A stretch of 64,000 nucleotides of DNA from a virus (Duplodnaviria; Caudoviricetes). Made by a program: the position numbers and the translations under genes. Position 1 is the stretch's first letter. Each line of letters starts with the position of its first letter. Below the pieces are notes generated by a model that was given only the letters and a program-made list of their open reading frames with translations, was not told the DNA's origin and ran no database searches. The stretch is from positions 3,695 to 67,694 of the IMG/VR virus record IMGVR_UViG_3300005719_000012. One strand, 5' to 3'. Positions 8,857 to 17,900 of the stretch are shown here, piece after piece.

Positions 8857-10119
8857 ATGAAAGTACTTTTCATTGGCGACTCTCCGACGGTATCTACCGG
8901 TTTCTCGCGCTGCACTCGTGCTGCATGTGACACGCTGCATGCTTCTGGTCATGACGTTACTGTGCTTGGTATGGGCTACTACGGCGATCCGCACAATTTT
9001 CCGTATCCTATCTATCCGTGCATCGCTCCCTTTGACAACGGACGCACATATGGGGGCGAAACTCGTCTTCCGTCGATGATTGCGCGACTCAAACCGGACG
9101 TTGTTGTCATTTTGCAGGACCCGTGGAATATCCCGCCGTATTTTGAGGCACTGGACGAAGTAAAGACGATTTGCGACCGAGACGGTATTCTGTTCGATAT
9201 CCCTCCGATCGTCGGATGGATTGCTGTGGACGCGCGAAATCAAAAAGGCGAACAGCTCGCGCGACTTTCGCATCTTATGGTCTGGACAGGATTTGCAGGT
9301 AAAGAGCTAATTAAGGGCGGCTACACTGGCGCGTACGATATCGTGCCTCTTGGCGTCGATACTGATCTATTTCACCCTCGCAATCGCACAGAATCGAGGC
9401 GAGACATTGGCTTGATCGATGCCGGAATCTCACCTGACGCGTTTATCGTTGGCGTCGTTGGTAGAAATCAAATGCGTAAGCGTCTTGAACTCTCGCTATG
9501 TTACTTTGCCGAGTGGCTGCGTCGAGATCAAGTCGCCAACGCTTATCTGTACCTGCACGTAGCGCCTACCGGTGAGCGATCCGCGGACTTGCGCCAGCTT
9601 GTTAAGCACTACGGGCTCGCTGGAAAAGTTATCGTCAATACGCCGAACATCGGTACGGGTGATGACGACTCGATTATGCCGCTCGTTTATAACGCTTTTG
9701 ACGTCTATATGAGCCAATCGCAGGCGGAGGGATTCGGGTTACCCGCGCTTGAAGCTATGGCGTGCGGGATTCCGTGCATCTTGCCCGACCATTCCGCGTT
9801 TGGCACAGACGGCTGGATTGACTCGTCGGTTAAGACGCCCAAAGTGCCTTGCTACGTCGATTCTCTTACCGCGCCTTTAGGCAATAGTCCTTACACGGTC
9901 GGAAGTTTGCCGGATCGTGACTGGACGGTAGAGATATTGTCGCATCTGTGCGGTAATCCTGAGGCCAGAGAGATGTACTCGCGTCAAGGAATACAGCTCG
10001 CGAAGAATCTAACGTGGAAGCGCGTGGGCGAGATGTTTGTAGGATCGCTAGAGCGGTTGTTTCTGAATGCCGATTACGATGCCGATTGCGCTACAGAGGA
10101 GGTACACGCTCGTGGCTGA
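8857..10119 (+). CDS. Glycosyltransferase family 4 (GT-B fold)
   Basis: MKVLFIGDSPTVSTGF, VPLGVDTDLFHP, VGRNQMRK, YNAFDVYMSQSQAEGFGLPALEAMACGIP. Confidence 0.9.
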   Translation: MKVLFIGDSPTVSTGFSRCTRAACDTLHASGHDVTVLGMGYYGDPHNFPYPIYPCIAPFDNGRTYGGETRLPSMIARLKPDVVVILQDPWNIPPYFEALDEVKTICDRDGILFDIPPIVGWIAVDARNQKGEQLARLSHLMVWTGFAGKELIKGGYTGAYDIVPLGVDTDLFHPRNRTESRRDIGLIDAGISPDAFIVGVVGRNQMRKRLELSLCYFAEWLRRDQVANAYLYLHVAPTGERSADLRQLVKHYGLAGKVIVNTPNIGTGDDDSIMPLVYNAFDVYMSQSQAEGFGLPALEAMACGIPCILPDHSAFGTDGWIDSSVKTPKVPCYVDSLTAPLGNSPYTVGSLPDRDWTVEILSHLCGNPEAREMYSRQGIQLAKNLTWKRVGEMFVGSLERLFLNADYDADCATEEVHARG

Positions 10120-10567
10120 TTTTACTCTCCGCGGCGTTGACGACTGTAAGCGTCGGCTTACGGCGATCGAACGCAATTCGCGCGATGCGCTGTCAGACGC
10201 CGCAATGCAAGAGGCCGAACAAATCGCACAAAGATCGCGAGATGAGTTCGTTCCTGTTGAGACCGGCAACTTGCGCGATACAATCCGTGTCGTCAAGGGC
10301 GAATTGTCACAAGGTCGCGATTCCGGTGGACGCTTTACAGAAGGCTCGGCGGTTGAAATTATCGTAACCGCGGGCGATGATACGACGCCGCAGGCCGTCG
10401 CGATTCATGAGCATCCGTCGCCGCACGATCCACCGTCATGGCAGGGTGTAGACGTGCATTTTAATCCGTCGGGGCGAGGACCTAAATATTTGCAACAACC
10501 TTTGCTTGAGTCCGTGCAAGGTATGGCCGAGCGCGTAGGATCGAAAGTCGGAACGAGACTAGGATAA
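10112..10567 (+). CDS. HK97 gp10-like neck/tail-completion protein
   Basis: GTG start after gaggagg; FVPVETGNLRDTI, AVAIHE and GPKYLQQPL. Confidence 0.7.
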   Translation: MADFTLRGVDDCKRRLTAIERNSRDALSDAAMQEAEQIAQRSRDEFVPVETGNLRDTIRVVKGELSQGRDSGGRFTEGSAVEIIVTAGDDTTPQAVAIHEHPSPHDPPSWQGVDVHFNPSGRGPKYLQQPLLESVQGMAERVGSKVGTRLG

Positions 10568-10571
10568 GAAA

Positions 10572-12155
10572 ATGACTAATCGGCTGCTTCTTATCGGCTT
10601 TTTTGTTTTCGCCCTGTGTGCGTTGTTCGTTGTTGTCAGTCACGCGCAAGTCTCTGGCATCTCGTCTCGCACATTTGGGGATCGCCACTGGCGGGCGCCT
10701 GTCGCGAATTCGTCTCTGCTTCCCGCGTCCGGCAACTCACTCAACGATCGCATTTGCACAAACGACGACGGTAGCGAATACTGGTGGGACGGCGTGACGT
10801 GGCAAGAGGTGCTTGCGGGTGCCGGCGAACCCGGACCTCAAGGCGAGAAGGGCGACCCTGGCGATCCAGGCCCTCAGGGGCCGCAAGGCGTCGCGGGGCC
10901 GGTCGGTCCTCAGGGGGTACAAGGGCCTCAAGGAATTCAAGGCGTACAGGGGCCGACAGGAGCATCGGGTGCGGCAGGCGCCACAGGTCCTACAGGGCCA
11001 CAAGGAGAGAAGGGGGACAAGGGGGACGCGGGAGATACTGGCCCGGCCGGAGCTACTGGGCCAACAGGCTCAACAGGCGCTCAAGGGCCGCAAGGTCCGG
11101 TAGGCGCCGCGGCCTCGATCACGACAGGGGCCGTAGTGACCGGTGCTCCGGGTACGTCCGCCGCGATAATAAATTCCGGAACGTCATCCGCTGCGGTATT
11201 TGACTTTACGATTCCTCGCGGAGATGTCGGCCCCGCGGGAGCAACGGGCGCAACTGGCAGTGTGGGGCCTGCTGGCGCTACGGGCCCTGCGGGCGCGACA
11301 GGAGCAACAGGCCCCCAAGGACCCGCCGGACCTGTCGCGGGGACCGACACGCAAGTCATATTCAACGACGCTGGTGCCGCGGCCGGTGACGCCGGTATGA
11401 CGTACAACAAGACGACAGACACGATCTCGCTTGTTGGATCGGCGAAAGCAGGGAATTTAAAACTCACGGGGAATACATTATCATCAGAGAATACGAACGG
11501 GAATATCCGCCTGATTCCGAACGGCACTGGACAAGATCTTTTGCCGGTCGGTTTGCGGTCTGCTCCTGGGCTCGCGTTCGACTTGGCGGCTACACGCGGG
11601 ATCTACGGGGCAAATGGCGGGTTGCACGTATCGATCTCCGGTACCAACGTGCTCGGCATTGATGGCGGCGGATCTGGCGCGGGCGCGGTTCTCGTTCGTT
11701 CGGCAGCGCAATTTGGATTTTCAAGCAGCGAGCCCGACAGTACAGGACTTGATACGGGAATGAAGCGGGACGCAGCAGGAACGATCGCGTTTACTAACGG
11801 TAGCTCTGGCACTGGTAATATGCGCGTTGGGAAAATCATCCAATACGTCCAGGCTCTCGCGATCGCGGATAACGGCAACGGGGCGACGCGAGCCGCCGCG
11901 ACTCTCACGGCGACCACGAGCTATGTTACCTGCGCTTGTAGCGACGCGCAGGGGTGCGACATAACGGTTTCCGAGACCGGCGCCGTGGACGGGCAAATGC
12001 TGGTGATAGTAAACACGGGCGCGAACGTCTGCGGCTTTGCGGATTCAAGCGGCGTGACGGAAATGGCGGGGAACTTTGATATCCCACAGTGGGGAAGTTT
12101 ACGTTTAATGTACGTGACCGATAGGTTTGTAGAAACCGGAAGGAGCACAAATTGA
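10572..12155 (+). CDS. Collagen-like fibre protein with N-terminal signal peptide
   Basis: Hydrophobic leader MTNRLLLIGFFVFALCALFVVVSHA|Q; two Gly-X-Y blocks; beta-rich fibre-like C-terminus. Confidence 0.85.
   Translation: MTNRLLLIGFFVFALCALFVVVSHAQVSGISSRTFGDRHWRAPVANSSLLPASGNSLNDRICTNDDGSEYWWDGVTWQEVLAGAGEPGPQGEKGDPGDPGPQGPQGVAGPVGPQGVQGPQGIQGVQGPTGASGAAGATGPTGPQGEKGDKGDAGDTGPAGATGPTGSTGAQGPQGPVGAAASITTGAVVTGAPGTSAAIINSGTSSAAVFDFTIPRGDVGPAGATGATGSVGPAGATGPAGATGATGPQGPAGPVAGTDTQVIFNDAGAAAGDAGMTYNKTTDTISLVGSAKAGNLKLTGNTLSSENTNGNIRLIPNGTGQDLLPVGLRSAPGLAFDLAATRGIYGANGGLHVSISGTNVLGIDGGGSGAGAVLVRSAAQFGFSSSEPDSTGLDTGMKRDAAGTIAFTNGSSGTGNMRVGKIIQYVQALAIADNGNGATRAAATLTATTSYVTCACSDAQGCDITVSETGAVDGQMLVIVNTGANVCGFADSSGVTEMAGNFDIPQWGSLRLMYVTDRFVETGRSTN
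10824..11336 (+). repeat. Gly-X-Y collagen repeats: 32 triplets (10824-11111) plus 13 triplets (11220-11336)
   Basis: Counted from the translation. Blocks are interrupted by TGAPGTSAAIINSGTSSAAVFDFTIPRG, a linker common in phage collagen fibres. Confidence 0.95.
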
Positions 12156-12598
12156 AGAAATCCGCGATTATCACTGTCGTATTACTTACACTCTTGGTTA
12201 CGCCGTCAGCGTTCGCGGTGACGCGCTCATGCACTGCGGGGATGGTGACATTAAACATCTGCCGGAGCACGTCCGACGTAGCTTACTGTCTCGCGATCGG
12301 CACATCGGACCCGGACGGTATAGGCCCTCTACTTGCGCCGTCGCAGTTACTCCAAGACGCATTCGCGGTAGTCGGGAATTACCAAACGCCAGCGGCGTGC
12401 ACAAGCGAAATGGTTACCGGCGGAGTTTGCTCCTCAGGGCAGATCGGCACTTTAGTCGCGATCACCAAGGCGCAGTTCGCGGATATCGCGGTGCGACGAT
12501 ATGTCATGGAGACGATCAGGCGCTATCGCGCAAAGCTCGTGCTAGACGCTGCGCAAGTCGCGACCGATACAGAATCGGCACCGGACATTGGAAACTAG
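12152..12598 (+). CDS. Secreted hypothetical protein
   Basis: TTG start overlapping the collagen gene stop; classic signal peptide MKKSAIITVVLLTLLVTPSAFA|V; 5 Cys in the mature part. Confidence 0.7.
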   Translation: MKKSAIITVVLLTLLVTPSAFAVTRSCTAGMVTLNICRSTSDVAYCLAIGTSDPDGIGPLLAPSQLLQDAFAVVGNYQTPAACTSEMVTGGVCSSGQIGTLVAITKAQFADIAVRRYVMETIRRYRAKLVLDAAQVATDTESAPDIGN

Positions 12599-12612
12599 TA
12601 CTAAGCACACAT

Positions 12613-13518
12613 ATGAAACTGCATCTTCATCTAGCGGACTCCGGGCTGTCACTTTCCGACTTGTCGCTGCGAGTCTATGAAGGTGATAGTCCGGTATCGC
12701 TGTCGTCGCTTTCGCTATCGCCGGTATCATTGCTTGGAACAGATTACGTCCTCGATGGGATTCCTTCGCTCGAAACAGTTGGCGGACTTACGGTCACTTT
12801 TGAAAGCCCAGAAGGTGTATTCCATGCGTATCGATTTGGTGTTGCTGATCGCCAGCCGTTGAACGTGATAATTCCGATTCGAGAGGTGTTCTCTGATCCG
12901 ATTAACGCGCTCTCGATTCGTATTTTCAAAGACGGCGTCGAAACTGTTCCCGATGATGCCGATGTAGTACAGCTTAATCCGGATGGCGAGTACTCGGTAT
13001 CGGGTTGGGCATCTACGCCGATTAATGAGCAATGGTCCGTGCGCTGGATTTACAACGGTCTCGTCTACTCGCATCAATGGACCGGCACGACAGGCAATAC
13101 GGGCACGTTTTATCAATCAATTCGCGCAATGCAATCGCCGATACCTTACAAAGTGGACGGCGACAACCGGCAATTGTTCTCGTGCAATTTTATCGCTACT
13201 ATCGTCGCGCCCACTTCGCACTTTGAAGAGGAAATAGAAGAAATTCTTAAAGTCGGCCCAGGCACGCCGCCGATCCCGCCCGACGAAATTGTCTATTTAG
13301 GCTTCAAGGGATCGCTGCCCGACGATAGCGCGTCTGAACCATTTAACGTTATCATACCTACAGGAGGATACGAACCGGACGAATCACATGACACGAAACG
13401 CGAAAATCGAGGCTTGCAAATCATTACGTGCGCGACCGATTACGAAACTGCCAGGGACAGGGCTGAGGCCGTCTGGCATTACCTCGACGGGCTGCGCGCG
13501 GTTGTTGTATCGCTATAG
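12613..13518 (+). CDS. Tail terminator (Minor_capsid_3-like), circularly permuted, with N-terminal beta-rich extension
   Basis: GSLPD, IIPTGGYEP, LQIITCATDYETARDRAEAVWHYLDGL and QSIRAMQSP...DGDNRQLFSCNF. Lies just upstream of the tail tube gene. Confidence 0.7.
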   Translation: MKLHLHLADSGLSLSDLSLRVYEGDSPVSLSSLSLSPVSLLGTDYVLDGIPSLETVGGLTVTFESPEGVFHAYRFGVADRQPLNVIIPIREVFSDPINALSIRIFKDGVETVPDDADVVQLNPDGEYSVSGWASTPINEQWSVRWIYNGLVYSHQWTGTTGNTGTFYQSIRAMQSPIPYKVDGDNRQLFSCNFIATIVAPTSHFEEEIEEILKVGPGTPPIPPDEIVYLGFKGSLPDDSASEPFNVIIPTGGYEPDESHDTKRENRGLQIITCATDYETARDRAEAVWHYLDGLRAVVVSL

Positions 13519-13559
13519 AAAAGTTAACGCCGCCGAATAAAAAAAAGGAGACATAAACC

Positions 13560-14027
13560 ATGCCTGTCACACCCGGAACTTTGCCCGTCGCAGGACATGC
13601 GGCGATCCACGCAATCGAGGTAGATCCTTCCGGCTCGCAAGGAGTCTTTACAACTGTGCCGGAAGTTACGAGTTCTATTGATTGGGATACTACAAGGGAA
13701 AAAACAGTTATCACGCCGCACGGCGCGGGAGTGAGCTCTAACATCGTTTCTCAGGTTATCACCGTCAACGATATATCTGGGGAGATGACGTTCAAGCATG
13801 CTAACACTGTGCATGCTGCGATGCTTAACCACTACCTCAACAAGGTGCAGTTCGGATGGATGATGGTCGGCCCGGACGGGACAGCGCCCAGCACTGACAC
13901 CGTTATTTGTTCCGGCGAATTTACAACGTTCAAGAAGATGGCACCAGCGCGAAACGGCGAGTACAAGGTAGGCTTTGTATTTACGCCGTCCGGACCGTTC
14001 AAGGCGAACGGTGTGATTTATTCGTAG
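13560..14027 (+). CDS. Major tail tube protein
   Basis: RBS aaggag; 155 aa beta-rich; VPEVTSSIDW...ITPHG; position before chaperone and tape measure. Confidence 0.75.
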   Translation: MPVTPGTLPVAGHAAIHAIEVDPSGSQGVFTTVPEVTSSIDWDTTREKTVITPHGAGVSSNIVSQVITVNDISGEMTFKHANTVHAAMLNHYLNKVQFGWMMVGPDGTAPSTDTVICSGEFTTFKKMAPARNGEYKVGFVFTPSGPFKANGVIYS

Positions 14028-14080
14028 TAGCAAAAACAAGGTAGGCAGTTTCACTTTTCTCGAAAGGTAAGGAAACTCAA

Positions 14081-14476
14081 ATGGCTAATCGTCCGTCGTC
14101 TCGTTCGTCCGCAAAGAAGCCCAAGTCGCAGGCCGAAATCAATCGTATCAAGCCAGTTGGTACACTATCTTTATCTGTACTGCAAGAAAAGTCATCCGTC
14201 GTCGAGACGATCAACGTTAAGCTGCCGGATGGAGAGATCTATGAATTCTATCATAAACCCATGACAGTAGGAGTATCTGAGAATTTTCTAGACCAGTCCA
14301 CGTCTAAGAATCGTGTGGAGGCTGTGCGCAATCTGCTCGCGGAGTTGCTGGTAAACAAGGACGGTACGCGGCTTGTCGAGGACGTTGAAGACTTGAGCAA
14401 TGTCTCGTGGAAGGTTCTTAATTCGATTTTTGAGGCGATCAATGCCTCTGATCGCGAGGAACCGGGGGAAGACTAA
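14081..14476 (+). CDS. Tail assembly chaperone (gpG-like)
   Basis: Position, and ends at a slippery site (EPGED*). Confidence 0.75.
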   Translation: MANRPSSRSSAKKPKSQAEINRIKPVGTLSLSVLQEKSSVVETINVKLPDGEIYEFYHKPMTVGVSENFLDQSTSKNRVEAVRNLLAELLVNKDGTRLVEDVEDLSNVSWKVLNSIFEAINASDREEPGED

Positions 14477-14497
14477 GGCGAAGTCCGTTCCTTCGCC
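14464..14497 (+). promoter_or_regulatory. -1 programmed ribosomal frameshift signal
   Basis: G GGG GAA heptamer at 14464-14470, 6-nt spacer, then a perfect 7-bp hairpin GGCGAAG-TCCGTTC-CTTCGCC at 14477-14497. Confidence 0.8.
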
Positions 14498-14895
14498 AAG
14501 TATATCGACTAGCGGCGCATTTTCGTGAGTGGGATGTGGAAGGTCCGAACGGGTTCATGTCCCGGCTTACTGTGCAACAGTTTTGGTCGTGGATGTCATT
14601 TGACCGGTTGTATCCGTTTATGCAAGAACGGGAGGATTGGCGGATGGGCACCGTGGCATCGGCGATTTACAATACCAATATTGTCGACAAGGACAAGATG
14701 ACGACTGCGGGGGATTTCGTGTATCCGACGATGGAGGAGATTATCGAACGAGACGTAGAGAGGAAAAACGAGCAACAGGCATGGAACGGCTTATCCGAAC
14801 GTGAGCAAAAAGACTCTGACGTGCGTGCTTGGGAGCAGCATATCGCACGAATGACGGCCGGACGAAAACCACTTCAGACGACGATCAAGGGATAA
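14470..14895 (+). CDS. Tail assembly chaperone frameshift extension (gpT-like)
   Basis: The -1 frame is open from the slippery site (RLRRSPFLRQVYRLAAHF...QQFWSWMSFDRLYPFMQEREDWRMG). Confidence 0.75.
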   Translation, partial: RLRRSPFLRQVYRLAAHFREWDVEGPNGFMSRLTVQQFWSWMSFDRLYPFMQEREDWRMGTVASAIYNTNIVDKDKMTTAGDFVYPTMEEIIERDVERKNEQQAWNGLSEREQKDSDVRAWEQHIARMTAGRKPLQTTIKG

Positions 14896-14917
14896 GAAGC
14901 AGAGGGGCAAAAAGGCA

Positions 14918-17900
14918 ATGGCCGCGACCGTAAACGTCGGCACTTTAGAAGGTCTGCTTCGTTGGAAAGCGGATGATGCTGACGTTCAACGTTCGCTTAA
15001 TACCATTGCCAGTAAGGCCAATATCTCGCGTACGACCTTGTTCGAATACGGCAAGGAATTAGTCGGTGTCGAAAAAGCCTACAAGCGTGTCGCAGCGTCA
15101 ATCGATCCAGCCGTCGCTGCTGAGCAGAAACTAGAGACGGCTACGCGTGCACTAAACGCTGCGTTAAAAGCCAATCTGATCGATCAGCAAAAGTACAACG
15201 CGCAACTTGACCTAGCGCGTGCGAAATACACCTCAGCGCAGAATCCGCTTGATCTGCTCAAGGGTCGTGTAGGTGAGCTTTCTGGCAAAGTCGGTGAGCT
15301 GGGCGGCGTCATTGCCCGTTTTGGTGGTTCGGCTGGGGCAGGTCTCGCGAGTGTCGCATCATCTCTCACCGGCATAGGTAGTGCTGCCACCGGTGCGATC
15401 GCCTCCCTTGGCCCCCTGCTTCCTGTCATAGCTGGACTAGCCGCCGCCGCCGCGCTGGTCACAGTGGGCTTCAAGGGCTTCGAGGCGCTCAAGGACATCG
15501 TCTCGGACGGCATGGAGACCGAGAAGATACTCAACAAGCTCAACGCGACGATGAAGCTCAACGGCTCAATCTCGGGCATGTCGTCGCGTCAGTTAAACGA
15601 TCAAGCCGAGAAGTGGGCACTACTGACCGGGCGCCAGGACGATGAAATCCTGACCATGGACACGGTACTGTCACGGTATGACAAGCTCACCAAGGATACG
15701 TTCCCCAGAGCGCAAGTTGCGGCGCTGAATCTCGCCAAAATTACTGGCGGTGATCTTGCTGGCGCTTCCGAAAAAGTAGGCATCTTACTCTCTGGCGGGA
15801 CGCGATCGCTAAACGCTTTCCGGGAAGCTGGAATCGTTTTGACCGCCGGCCAGACTACGATGCTCAAAAAGCTGGTCGAGACCGGCCAAGGTGCTGAGTA
15901 CGTAGCCAAAGTGATGGAGCTTCTTGAGGGCAAGCTCGGCACCAATATTAAGACCGCGGACACGCTCGAAAAGGGCATGAAGAATGTCCGCTACATCTAT
16001 GGTGAATTCCGCGAGGCGATTGCGGGCGAGCTGATTCCTGCACTTGAGCACTTCTTCTATTCTCTCGTCAAGCAGCTTGGTGGGTGGGAGAACATTCTCA
16101 TTGTGGCTACGAAGGTTGGCGGTGTTATCAGTCGCACTCTCGCCAACATGGTGTACAGCGCTGAGACAGCCTATCACGCTTGGATGGTTGCTACCGGCAC
16201 ACTAGTCACTACACTGTCAAGGCAATTCGGTGATCTTGCGCACACGATTCTTGAGATCCCGCTACGTATTGCAGATGGCTTCAGCAAACTACCGATACCA
16301 ATTGCTCCCGCCTTCGCCGCGGCTGCGGCCGGCATTCGCCAGATGCAAATGACAACCGATGCGCTATTCTTGGGCGCGGAAGCCAAGTCTCGCGCGTTTT
16401 TGCAATCTCAAAAGTCCGAACTGGCTGACACGATCAAATCATGGAAAGAGCACAAGTCCGCGGTTGAAGGTACCGACGAAATCTACAAGCGAACGGGTAA
16501 TGCAACTTCTGATCTTGTCGCGCGGAACAAAGAGCTTGAGGCCGCGCTCAAGGCAGTTAACAGTGCAATTGATGCCGCTACCAAAGCCTACGATTCGCTG
16601 AATAACACCATCGACGCGCAGGCGCAAAAAATAGGCGAGGAGATATCCGACCGCACCCGCTTGATCTCTGCTTTGATGGCTGGCACTGACGCGTACGAAA
16701 AAGAACGCGTTGCAATCGCCGCCGAGAAGCAGATACGTTCTGATCTTGCCGCCGTACAAAAGTCGTATCAAGCGGCGGTTGAAGCGGCAAACAAAGCGGT
16801 CGACCTAGCTACAGAAAAGTTCGGTGCGCAGTCCGCGAAGGCATTGGAAGCGCGCACGATACTCGCGCAAATCGTCGCCACGTACGGTTCGGCAGTTTCG
16901 GGCCTGAAAGAGCTAAGCGCTGCCAATATCGCATCAGCTCGCGCGCTCGAAGAAGAGAAACAAAAGTGGAAGGACATCGACGCCGCGGTTAAAAGTTACG
17001 GCGCCGCGATAGAAGCGGTTCTAAAGCGGACGGCTGAATTCAACCGACAGCTTGCCGTTGATCAGGCGTCGCTGGCAGATCAGAAAGCGCGAATTGATCT
17101 TGAAACGCGCTATGGTACCGTAGTAGCCGACCTTGCCGTCCGTCTCGGCGCGGTGTCGGATTCAACGCGTAAAGTGCGTATTGAAGCGGAAGCGCTTAAT
17201 AATGTTCGAGCAGCCGCGCGTCAAGGGTTGACCTTAGATCTGGAAGCGGAAATCCAAAAGCTCACCCTGCAAGATGCACAACTACAGGCAATCAAGAAGC
17301 AACAAGCCTTGCTGGAGATCAAGGCTGACGTCTGGCGTCCGGTGACGGACGGTTTCCAAACCGCCTCAGGTATCATTCTAGATGGCATATTCAGTTGGAA
17401 GGGCTCGGCCAAAGACGTAGCCAGCGATATCGCACACAATTTGATCGACTTCCTAGTCAAGGCGTTTCAGGAGATCTTGCAACGATGGATCACGCTGCAA
17501 ATGACCATGGCGGCGGTAGAGCGTTCGCGGCTCCTGTCCAATGCCGCGATTGGCAATGCCTCGGCTGCGTCGGGTGCCGGAGTTACAGGCTTGCAATCTG
17601 TCGGGCTAACTTCTATCGGCTCGGCAACAACCGGCAACGCGTCGATGGGTGCGTCTTTGTCGCAGTGGGGCACGTACGCGGCATACGGATTCCTTGCCTG
17701 GGTGGGCTTTAAGATTGTCGAAGGGTGGACAAAGGCGCGAACGAAATACGGTGAAGCGTCTATCGGGGGTAGCACGTCCGGGGATCGCCGCATTGCCAGT
17801 CAGATATCTCAAACTATTACTGATCTTGTGCAGCAGGTTACTGACTTAGCGTTGCAATGGCACTTAGGGCTTGTGTCACTGACTCGCGGATCTGTGACAA

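Noticed and set aside
7448-10119. Glycosyltransferases as a DNA hypermodification system
   Set aside because: They are embedded in the virion assembly operon with an O-methyltransferase and are far from nucleotide-metabolism genes. Kept only as the alternative hypothesis.
12229-12612. N-terminal 128 codons of the 429-aa ORF in the track
   Set aside because: They overlap the better-supported secreted protein gene at 12152-12598. The real start is taken as ATG 12613.
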